Below are positions 56,793 to 64,000 of a stretch of DNA of 64,000 bases, one piece after another. A program made the position numbers and the translations under genes. The notes below the pieces were generated by a model. It made no database searches. It was not told where the DNA came from and worked only from the letters and a program-made list of their open reading frames with translations. The stretch comes from Bacteroidales bacterium. Its GTDB lineage: Bacteria > Bacteroidota > Bacteroidia > Bacteroidales > JAAUTT01. Every line of letters starts with the position of its first letter. The stretch's first letter is position 1. The stretch covers positions 6,567-70,566 of the forward strand of contig JBBQTB010000021.1 in the NCBI GenBank assembly GCA_038213375.1. Direction: 5' to 3'.

Positions 56793-56834
56793 AGCACGTT
56801 CTTCATTTGATTATTTATTGGGTGAAGTCGTGCT
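56793..56834 (+). terminator. Intercistronic stem-loop between the transporter gene and araD
   Basis: agcacg/cgtgct (6 bp) plus cttca/tgaag (5 bp), separated by a small internal loop, with a 17-nt apical loop. No T-run, so its role as a terminator is uncertain. Confidence 0.3.
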
Positions 56835-56856
56835 CCTTTCAAATTCTAATTAAATC

Positions 56857-57543
56857 ATGCTTAACGAGTTAAAAAAGCAAGTTTTTGAAGCTAATATCGA
56901 TCTTGTAAAACATGGTCTGGTAATTTTCACCTGGGGAAATGTTTCAGGTATTGACCGTGAGCAAGGACTTATTGTTATTAAGCCAAGTGGAGTTTCCTAT
57001 GATAAAATGACCGCGGATGACATGGTAGTGGTTGATCTTGATGGTAAGGTTCTGAATAGTCATTTAAAGCCATCGTCTGATACACCTACTCATCTTGCAC
57101 TTTATCGGGAATTTGAATCGATAGGTGGTATAGTTCATACTCATTCCGAATGGGCAACCAGCTGGGCGCAAGCTGGTATTTCTATTCCGGCACTTGGTAC
57201 AACTCATGCCGATTATTTCTTTGGTTCAGTGCCATGCACTCGTAAACTTACTGAAAAAGAAGTAAAGGGTAATTATGAGATTGAAACTGGCAATGTTATT
57301 ATTGAAACTTTCAAAGGGATTGATCCATTGGCAATTCCATCGGTGATAATCAATGGGCACGGTCCATTTTCATGGGGTAAAAATGCGTCAGATGCAGTTC
57401 ACAATGCCGTAGTGTTGGAAGAGGTGGCCAAAATGGCACATCATACACTCACTTTGCGGGAAGTAAAAGGTATCGATCAATATCTCCTGAATAAACATTA
57501 TTATCGTAAACATGGTCCTGGTGCTTATTATGGACAGAAATAA
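56857..57543 (+). CDS. araD: L-ribulose-5-phosphate 4-epimerase
   Basis: 228 aa, class II aldolase fold, with motifs ..[13 protein letters not shown].., ..[11 protein letters not shown].. and C-terminal ..[14 protein letters not shown]. Confidence 0.9.
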   Translation: MLNELKKQVFEANIDLVKHGLVIFTWGNVSGIDREQGLIVIKPSGVSYDKMTADDMVVVDLDGKVLNSHLKPSSDTPTHLALYREFESIGGIVHTHSEWATSWAQAGISIPALGTTHADYFFGSVPCTRKLTEKEVKGNYEIETGNVIIETFKGIDPLAIPSVIINGHGPFSWGKNASDAVHNAVVLEEVAKMAHHTLTLREVKGIDQYLLNKHYYRKHGPGAYYGQK

Positions 57544-57605
57544 ATTATAATTTGAAAATGAATTAATTTCTCATATTCAAATCATCTTATCTTCAAATTA
57601 ATATT

Positions 57606-59279
57606 ATGGCAAAATATACAATTGGAATTGACTATGGAACCGACTCAGTTCGGTCATTAATTGTTGATGCATCAAATGGAAAAGAAATATCCAGCGATGT
57701 GTTTAATTACCCGAGGTGGAAAGCCGGAAAGTATTGTTCTCCTTCTCAAAATCAATTTCGTCAGCACCCACTAGACTATTTGGAAGGCTTAGAAACTACC
57801 ATTAAAAATGCTTTGGCTAAAGCGCCAAAGGATGTTGCAGCTAACGTGATTGCTATTTCCGTTGACACCACTGGATCAACTCCAATAGCTGTGGATGTAA
57901 AAGGAACTCCGCTTTCATTAACTCCGGGTTTTGAAGAAAATCCAAATGCCATGTTTGTTTTGTGGAAAGACCATACAGCAACCAAAGAGGCTGATGAAAT
58001 CAACCAACTTGCCCGATCATGGGGTGGGGTGGACTATACCAAATTTGAAGGAGGTATTTATTCGTCGGAATGGTTCTTTGCAAAGATTCTTCGTGTTCTT
58101 CGTGCAGACGAAACAGTTCGGAATGCAGCTTATTCGTGGGTAGAACATTGCGATTGGATTCCTGCCATTTTAACGGGCGAAACCAATCCTTTGACGATGA
58201 AACGAAGCCGCTGTGCCGCTGGACATAAAGCAATGTGGCATGCCGATTTTAACGGATTACCATCCGAAGAATTTCTTGTTAAACTCGACCCACTTTTAAA
58301 GGGATTGCGTGAACGACTTTTTAAAGAAACATATACCTGTGAGGTGAAAGCTGGAAATCTCACATCACACTGGGCTAAACGTCTTGGATTAAGCGAATCG
58401 GTAGCAGTTGGTGCTGGTTCTTTTGATGCACATTTAGGTGCGTTGGGTGGTGAAATAAAACCATATTATCTGAGCAAAGTTATGGGTACTTCCACATGCG
58501 ATATGCTTGTGGCTCCTATGAAAGAAATGGAAGGAAAACTTGTAAAAGGTATCTGTGGCCAGGTTGATGGATCTATTGTTCCCGGAATGTTAGGTATGGA
58601 AGCTGGTCAGTCTGCTTTTGGCGATATTTATGCATGGTTCAGAAAACTCTTGCTTTGGCCTATAGAAGAAATCTTAGCTGAATCATCCGTTATTGATCAA
58701 GCAACCAAAGATAAACTTATGGCAGAAATAGCTGATAAAATTATTCCAGTTCTATCGAAACAAGCTGAAACTATCTCTATTGGTGAATCAGGAATCATTG
58801 CTCTCGACTGGATGAATGGCAGACGCACTCCTGATGCTAATCAACTCCTTAAGGGCGCTATTCTGGGATTAAACCTTGGATCTGATGCTCCTCGTATTTT
58901 TCGTGCTTTAGTAGAGGCTACAGCCTTTGGAGCAAAAAAGATTGTAGATCGGTTTATCAGTGAAGGGGTTAAAATTGATGGAATTATTGCTCTGGGTGGT
59001 GTTGCTAAAAAATCCCCATTCGTAATGCAGGTTGTTGCTGATGTGTTAAATATGCCGATTTTAGTGGCTCGAAGCGAACAGGCCTGTGCTCTTGGTGCGG
59101 CAATGGCAGCGGCCACTGTTGCAGGCTTGTATCCAACCGTACTCGACGCTCAGAAAGCTATGGGCAACGGGTTCGAAATGGAATATAAACCCAAAAAAGA
59201 AAATGCTGACAAGTATATATTGCTATACGATAAATACACCCGGTTCGGTACTTTTATTGAAAATGATGCAAAAAACTGA
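57606..59279 (+). CDS. araB: Ribulokinase (FGGY family)
   Basis: 557 aa with the N-terminal motif YTIGIDYGTDSVR, FGGY C-terminal motifs (..GGVAKKSPFVMQVVADVLNMPI..), and araD immediately upstream. Confidence 0.9.
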   Translation: MAKYTIGIDYGTDSVRSLIVDASNGKEISSDVFNYPRWKAGKYCSPSQNQFRQHPLDYLEGLETTIKNALAKAPKDVAANVIAISVDTTGSTPIAVDVKGTPLSLTPGFEENPNAMFVLWKDHTATKEADEINQLARSWGGVDYTKFEGGIYSSEWFFAKILRVLRADETVRNAAYSWVEHCDWIPAILTGETNPLTMKRSRCAAGHKAMWHADFNGLPSEEFLVKLDPLLKGLRERLFKETYTCEVKAGNLTSHWAKRLGLSESVAVGAGSFDAHLGALGGEIKPYYLSKVMGTSTCDMLVAPMKEMEGKLVKGICGQVDGSIVPGMLGMEAGQSAFGDIYAWFRKLLLWPIEEILAESSVIDQATKDKLMAEIADKIIPVLSKQAETISIGESGIIALDWMNGRRTPDANQLLKGAILGLNLGSDAPRIFRALVEATAFGAKKIVDRFISEGVKIDGIIALGGVAKKSPFVMQVVADVLNMPILVARSEQACALGAAMAAATVAGLYPTVLDAQKAMGNGFEMEYKPKKENADKYILLYDKYTRFGTFIENDAKN

Positions 59280-59598
59280 ATTCGAAAATACACTGGAAAT
59301 AGTTATTTAGCCTGTTTAATTCATAAACTTTTTACCTTTCCATAAACTTAGCAAAGCGATCTCGACGAAGTCAATCCCTCTCCCACGGGTGGGGGACTTT
59401 GGCCTCGTATATATCTAGCTCCCCTCTCTGTTTGGAGAACTTATACAAAGGCGTTCTCGCGATCGAATGGAGCAATGGTTGGGGGTGAGGTCCTTGAAGG
59501 GATTTGTGAATTATACTGGCTAATTGCAAACTAGCTTGTAACTTTTTTTATCATCTTCCAAATCTTTTATTTGCGATATTTGTAAAAAATCTATCTTC

Positions 59599-60537
59599 AT
59601 GAAGATTGCTTTTCTTGATGTAAAAACTATGGGAATTGTCTCCAATTTTCACCTCATTGAACGTTTGGGCGATGTAATTCAATATTCGTTAACCAAACCG
59701 GAGGAAAGGTTGGAACGGCTTGAAAATATTGATATTGTAATAACTTGTAAAGTTGCTATTGACCGCGAAATTATTGATGCGTGTCCGCAATTAAAACTGA
59801 TTTGTGTTGCAGCTACCGGAACCAATAATGTAGATGTAGAGTATGCTATCCATAAAGGAATACAGGTAAAAAATGTAATAAATTATTCCACTGAAAGTGT
59901 TGCACAGGTTACCATTGCAATAATTTTGAATCTGGTAAACCACCTGAATTATTTCGACCGCTATGTAAAAAGTGGAGGATATGCTCATAGCGATATATTT
60001 ACCCATTATGGACCAGAATTTTATCAACTGATTGGGAAAAGAGCCGGAATTATAGGGTTAGGAAATATTGGTAAACGAGTAGCACGTTTACTTGAGACCT
60101 TCGGGATGGAAATTGTATATTATTCGACGTCCGGGAAAAATAACAACAACGATTATCTTCGGATGGAACTAGCTGAATTATTGTTAACAAGTGATATTGT
60201 ATCAATTCATTCTCCATTGAATGATTCTACCAGAGGTTTAATAAATAAAGGCAATTTGAAACTAATGAAGCCAACAGCATTTTTAGTAAATGTTGGCAGG
60301 GGTGGTATTGTTGATGAGTACGACCTTGTTGAAGCTATCAATTTGGAATTGATTGCAGGTGCAGGAATCGATGTATACGAATGTGAGCCAATGGTAACTG
60401 ATAGCCCTCTTCTCAAAGTTAAATATCCTGAACGGCTGATGCTTACACCACACATCGCATGGACAAGCGTTGAAGCCAGAGAATTATTGATCGAAAGGGT
60501 CGCCGAGAATATCTTAAAGTTTATTGGCGATAATTAA
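59599..60537 (+). CDS. D-isomer-specific 2-hydroxyacid dehydrogenase (glycerate dehydrogenase-like)
   Basis: 312 aa with NAD-binding motif GIIGLGNIGKRVARL and the catalytic region ..LVNVGRGGIVDE.. / ..LTPHIAWTS. Confidence 0.85.
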   Translation: MKIAFLDVKTMGIVSNFHLIERLGDVIQYSLTKPEERLERLENIDIVITCKVAIDREIIDACPQLKLICVAATGTNNVDVEYAIHKGIQVKNVINYSTESVAQVTIAIILNLVNHLNYFDRYVKSGGYAHSDIFTHYGPEFYQLIGKRAGIIGLGNIGKRVARLLETFGMEIVYYSTSGKNNNNDYLRMELAELLLTSDIVSIHSPLNDSTRGLINKGNLKLMKPTAFLVNVGRGGIVDEYDLVEAINLELIAGAGIDVYECEPMVTDSPLLKVKYPERLMLTPHIAWTSVEARELLIERVAENILKFIGDN

Positions 60538-60564
60538 ACCGCCAATTAACATTTGATTATCTTG

Positions 60565-61266
60565 TTATTGAATTTTTGAATCCTGATCTAATTCCTTTAG
60601 AATATGTTTCTTTTTTGTGTGGCGAAGCATTTTGGCTTCAGTATGGAAAATTATTTCTGTTGCAATGTTTTTGGCCTGATCACCAACTCGTTCAAGTTTT
60701 CTGATAATAGAAATAACATAGAGCGAATCGCGAACCTGATCGTTATTTTTCTTAATCCATTCGCAAATTACATCCTCAGCGTTCCCCGTTAACTTATCAA
60801 GTTCATCATCGAGTTGGAACACCGAGCGAACCAGCTTGGGTTCTTCATTTTCAAAAGCTTCCAATGCATTATTAAGCATAGTGGTGCTTATGGAAAACAT
60901 TTCATTTATTTTAGCTTCTTTCAGTAGCTTTTTGTCGAAATTTTTACTGAACTCCTCGGTACATCCTGCAATTGTATTTGCATAATCGCCTACTCGTTCA
61001 AGATTGTAATTAACCTTAAGTACTGCAAGAACAAACCTTAAATCAACGGCCAAAGGATTAAACAATGCCAATAAGTTTTCGCAGTCCATATCTAGCTTAA
61101 GCTCGTATGCATCTACACGCTTTTCATTAACTTTTACTTCTTTTGCAAGATCTTTATCTAACGTATTTATTGATTTCTGTGCTTTTTCGAGCTGACTAAG
61201 CACCAGTAGCCACATTGAAATTACTGATGACTTTAATGTTTTGAGTTCTGTATCGAGATGGGTCAT
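60565..61266 (-). CDS. phoU: Phosphate signalling complex protein PhoU
   Basis: 233 aa with two PhoU repeats (..NLERVGDYANTIA.. and ..KLERVGDQAKNIA..), downstream of pstB. Confidence 0.9.
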   Translation of the reverse strand: MTHLDTELKTLKSSVISMWLLVLSQLEKAQKSINTLDKDLAKEVKVNEKRVDAYELKLDMDCENLLALFNPLAVDLRFVLAVLKVNYNLERVGDYANTIAGCTEEFSKNFDKKLLKEAKINEMFSISTTMLNNALEAFENEEPKLVRSVFQLDDELDKLTGNAEDVICEWIKKNNDQVRDSLYVISIIRKLERVGDQAKNIATEIIFHTEAKMLRHTKKKHILKELDQDSKIQ

Positions 61267-61335
61267 TGGATTTACGATTTTAGTTTTACGATTTTAGTTT
61301 TTTCCTAAATACTCATTTCTGTGTACATAATAAAA

Positions 61336-62142
61336 TCATCCGAATCGTCCAGTAATATAGTTCTGGGTTTTAATATTATTCGGACTTGTAAATATAAACT
61401 TTGTTGGACCATGTTCGATCAATTCGCCCAAATAGAAAAACGAAGTAAAATCGCTTACCCTTCCTGCTTGTTGCATATTATGGGTTACAATGATAATAGT
61501 GTATTGCTTTTTTAATTCAAAAATCAATTCTTCGATGTGTGATGTTGAAATTGGATCGAGGGCCGAAGCTGGTTCGTCCATCAGAATCACTTCGGGTTCT
61601 ATGGCCAGAGCCCGGGCAATACATAATCGCTGTTGTTGTCCGCCAGAAAGTTCAAAAGCCGATTTCTTAAGGTTATCCTTTACCTCATTCCAAAGTGCCG
61701 CCTGCATGAGAGAGGTTTTAACTTTTTCTTCAATGTACCCATTGTCCTTTATTCCATTGACGCGTAATCCATAGGCTACATTTTCGAAAATAGATTTTGG
61801 AAATGGATTGGGTTTCTGAAACACCATTCCAACTTTTTTACGAAGCTCATCAGGATCAATAGTTTTGCTATAAATATCCGTATCATTGAGCAATACACGG
61901 CCACTTATATTTACATGATCAATTAAATCGTTCATACGATTGAATAGCCGCAGAAACGTGGACTTTCCACATCCCGACGGGCCAATTAAGGCAGTTACCG
62001 TATTTTGATATGCTTGAAAGTTAATATTTTTTAGGGCATGAAATGAACCATAAAAAAGATTTACAGTTTTAGTTTCAACGATAACAGGAAGTTTTGTTAC
62101 GGGTTTTAACTCAACTTCAATTTCTTTGTTTTTATCTTTCAT
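61336..62142 (-). CDS. pstB: Phosphate ABC transporter ATP-binding protein
   Basis: Walker [10 protein letters not shown], signature [14 protein letters not shown], Walker B ILMDEP. The ATG at 62142 (MKDKNKEI) is preferred over the TTG at 62163 used by the ORF track. Confidence 0.93.
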   Translation of the reverse strand: MKDKNKEIEVELKPVTKLPVIVETKTVNLFYGSFHALKNINFQAYQNTVTALIGPSGCGKSTFLRLFNRMNDLIDHVNISGRVLLNDTDIYSKTIDPDELRKKVGMVFQKPNPFPKSIFENVAYGLRVNGIKDNGYIEEKVKTSLMQAALWNEVKDNLKKSAFELSGGQQQRLCIARALAIEPEVILMDEPASALDPISTSHIEELIFELKKQYTIIIVTHNMQQAGRVSDFTSFFYLGELIEHGPTKFIFTSPNNIKTQNYITGRFG

Positions 62143-62159
62143 TAGTAAAGCTATAATTA

Positions 62160-63020
62160 TCAATTCATTTTTACTTTTTTGCTAAAATACCTTCTCAGCC
62201 AGTTCGCCATCAAATTAAAAATCAGTACGATCATAATTAATACAAAAGCCGTTCCATATGCAATTGGGCGTGTAGCTTCTATGTCTGTTCCACTAGTTGT
62301 AAGAACATACAAGTGGTATGGAAGAGCCATTACCTGATCAAAAATGCTATGCGGCAATTTAGGTAAAAAATAAGCTGCAACGGTAAATAGGATAGGTGCA
62401 GTTTCACCTGAAACCCTACCCATCGATAAAATAAGCCCTGTTAAAATATTCGGAAACGCAACAGGTAAAACGACACGGCGTATTGTTTGAAGCTTGGTAG
62501 CTCCAAGTGCATAACTACCAGTACGTAGTGACATATCAACTGATTTCAGAGCTTCTTCGGTAGTACGGATAATTACAGGTAAGGCTAAAAGTCCAAGCGT
62601 TAGTGATCCAGCAATAATTGAATCTCCAAAATGTAGTTTGTTAACAAACAAAGCCATACCAAATAACCCGAAAACGATGGAAGGGATTCCGGCCAGATTA
62701 TTGGTCATACTTCTTAGGAAACTTTTAAACCATGATTCTTTAAGATATTCATTGGTATATATGCCCGATAGCACTCCTATAGGAAATGCAAACAGCATAC
62801 TTCCAAACATCAAGGAAAATGTTCCTATTATGGCAGGTAAGATTCCGCCTTTAGTCATCCCCTCTTTTGGCATGGTGGTTAGGAATTCCCAGTTGATTAC
62901 TTTAATCCCTCTGATACAGATAAAAAAAAGGATAATAAACAACATGGCAACCACCATAAAGCTAATTATCCTGAATATGCTAAAAACAAGAAATTCGTAT
63001 AATCTTTTTTTCGACTTCAT
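62160..63020 (-). CDS. pstA: Phosphate ABC transporter permease PstA
   Basis: 286 aa with 6 TM helices and the EAA-type loop ..[35 protein letters not shown]. Confidence 0.9.
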   Translation of the reverse strand: MKSKKRLYEFLVFSIFRIISFMVVAMLFIILFFICIRGIKVINWEFLTTMPKEGMTKGGILPAIIGTFSLMFGSMLFAFPIGVLSGIYTNEYLKESWFKSFLRSMTNNLAGIPSIVFGLFGMALFVNKLHFGDSIIAGSLTLGLLALPVIIRTTEEALKSVDMSLRTGSYALGATKLQTIRRVVLPVAFPNILTGLILSMGRVSGETAPILFTVAAYFLPKLPHSIFDQVMALPYHLYVLTTSGTDIEATRPIAYGTAFVLIMIVLIFNLMANWLRRYFSKKVKMN

Positions 63021-63022
63021 AA

Positions 63023-64000
63023 TTATGCTCTTCTAGTTCTCGATTTAATAATTTCAACCGCTAAGTTGATGCCGAAAGTTATAATAAACAGCACAATTCC
63101 TAAAGCGAACAATGCTTTGAAATGAAGCCCGCCTACAGGGGCTTCGCCCAATTCCGCCGCAATCGTGGCTGGTATTGTTCTTACAGGTTGAAGGAAAGAA
63201 TGGGGTATTACTGAGGCATTACCTGTAACCATTAATACGGCCATTGTTTCACCTACCGCCCTTCCAATTCCTAAAATAATGGCAGCAGCAATACCCGATT
63301 TCGAGTAGGGAATAATTACCCGCACCATTGTTTGCCAGCGGGATGCGCCCAAAGCTAAACTTGCCTCTTTCTGAGATTGGGGAGTCGTAAGTATAGCATC
63401 TTCAGTGATGGTAATGATGGTTGGCAATGCCATAATTCCTAAAATGATGCTTCCGACAAGTGCGGTTTCTCCAACAGCTAAACCAAAGGTTTTTTGAACT
63501 AATGGGACAATTACAACCAATCCAAAAAAGCCATACACAACGGATGGTATTCCTGCAAGTAGCTCAATAAGAGGTTTAAGAATATTTCTTAATCGTTTAT
63601 CGGCCACTTCAGCTAAATAAATAGCAGTTGCTAAACCCAATGGTAATGCAATTAATATGGCTCCAAAACTTACCCATAAAGTACCAAGAATTAAAGGGAG
63701 GATGCCTAATTGTGCAGCTGGTTGATTGGTTGGATACCAATTTTTTCCTTTCAGAAATTCACTCACTTTTACGTTCCCAATTGGAAGAACAAAAGCGTCA
63801 AGCTTTTTTGACTTATAACTCTCTGGGAAAAATGCAATAACCCCAGGGGTTGAACTGATGAATTTATTCATTTGAGCCGGAAGATATTCCAAATTAGCGC
63901 CCAATGAGTCCTCACTAATGTAGGTGGTAATATTATTGTAGGTAAATAGAATAATACTGTCATTTTTACCTCCTAACTTGCTCCAGTTAGTTATATCCTG
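63023..64000 (-). CDS. pstC: Phosphate ABC transporter permease PstC with an upstream in-frame PstS-like periplasmic domain (5' end outside window)
   Basis: The permease core carries the loop ..EASLALGASRWQTMVRVIIPYSK. The same frame stays open with no stop from 63904 to the window edge at 64000. That stretch translates as QDITNWSKLGGKNDSIILFTYNN..STPGVIAFFPESY, which resembles a PstS-family binding domain. Confidence 0.85.
   Translation of the reverse strand, partial: QDITNWSKLGGKNDSIILFTYNNITTYISEDSLGANLEYLPAQMNKFISSTPGVIAFFPESYKSKKLDAFVLPIGNVKVSEFLKGKNWYPTNQPAAQLGILPLILGTLWVSFGAILIALPLGLATAIYLAEVADKRLRNILKPLIELLAGIPSVVYGFFGLVVIVPLVQKTFGLAVGETALVGSIILGIMALPTIITITEDAILTTPQSQKEASLALGASRWQTMVRVIIPYSKSGIAAAIILGIGRAVGETMAVLMVTGNASVIPHSFLQPVRTIPATIAAELGEAPVGGLHFKALFALGIVLFIITFGINLAVEIIKSRTRRA

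Noticed and set aside
62143-62163. Upstream TTG-initiated extension of pstB (MIIIALL...) overlapping the pstA stop
   Set aside because: The ATG at 62142 gives a normal PstB N-terminus. The TTG extension is hydrophobic and atypical for an ABC ATPase, so it is probably an ORF-caller artefact.
1-64000. Mobile elements, prophage, restriction-modification, toxin-antitoxin or other defence systems; tRNA/rRNA genes
   Set aside because: I recognised no integrase, transposase, recombinase, nuclease-methylase pair, small TA-like gene pair or cloverleaf/rRNA-like sequence on either strand. A tRNAscan/Infernal run would be needed to exclude small RNAs formally.

Overview
This is a low-GC, densely coding chromosomal segment whose gene content looks Bacteroidota (class Bacteroidia-like): an S46 dipeptidyl-peptidase, HmuY-like lipoproteins with a TonB-dependent receptor, a fused E1 alpha/beta dehydrogenase, a Nudix/NrtR-type AraR, and TAnnTTTG-type -7 promoter boxes. 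I support about 53 protein-coding genes. I recognised no rRNA, tRNA, CRISPR array, transposase, integrase, phage or toxin/defence genes, so this reads as core chromosome, not an accessory island.

Modules from left to right:
- 1-5.1 kb: the C-terminus of a haem-c protein, an OM beta-barrel, and a terminator-bracketed four-gene operon (Tat-exported NrfC-like FeS protein, NrfD-like quinol-interacting membrane protein, an unknown anchored periplasmic protein, and a mono-haem cytochrome c). No catalytic subunit is present.
- 5.2-10.3 kb: a TonB-dependent receptor flanked by two HmuY-like lipoproteins, plus a small 4-TM protein.
- 11-19 kb: housekeeping genes (beta-lactamase-fold hydrolase, ThrE pair, DUF2520, kdsC, UbiA, maf, S46 peptidase).
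- 19.5-23.1 kb: a co-directional run of histidine kinase, PAP2 and a GNAT-like protein.
- 23-30 kb: an APC permease, the E1 alpha/beta fusion and a 7TM-HD phosphohydrolase.
- 30.4-36.5 kb: a PstS-like lipoprotein, TPR protein, ExbB, two ExbD and TonB.
- 36.7-46.7 kb: lolA-like, ftsK, argF, an RRM protein, an M13 peptidase and rocD.
- 46.9-59.3 kb: a galactose/L-arabinose utilisation region (GH43, GalK-like, galM, an MFS sugar transporter, AraR, GH51, an SSS transporter, araD, araB). No araA is present.
- 59.6-64 kb: a 2-hydroxyacid dehydrogenase and phoU-pstB-pstA-pstC. The pstC reading frame stays open to the window edge through a PstS-like periplasmic domain.

The best candidates for something undescribed are the orphan NrfCD-cytochrome c operon, a candidate AraR operator (TTAAGT-N11-ACTTAA) seen at three promoters, a GC-rich structured 150-180 nt island after araB, two dispersed intergenic hairpin/repeat families (including a perfect 60-nt palindrome), and the PBP-like extension of PstC. 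Every functional call rests on motif and family recognition by eye; no searches were run.
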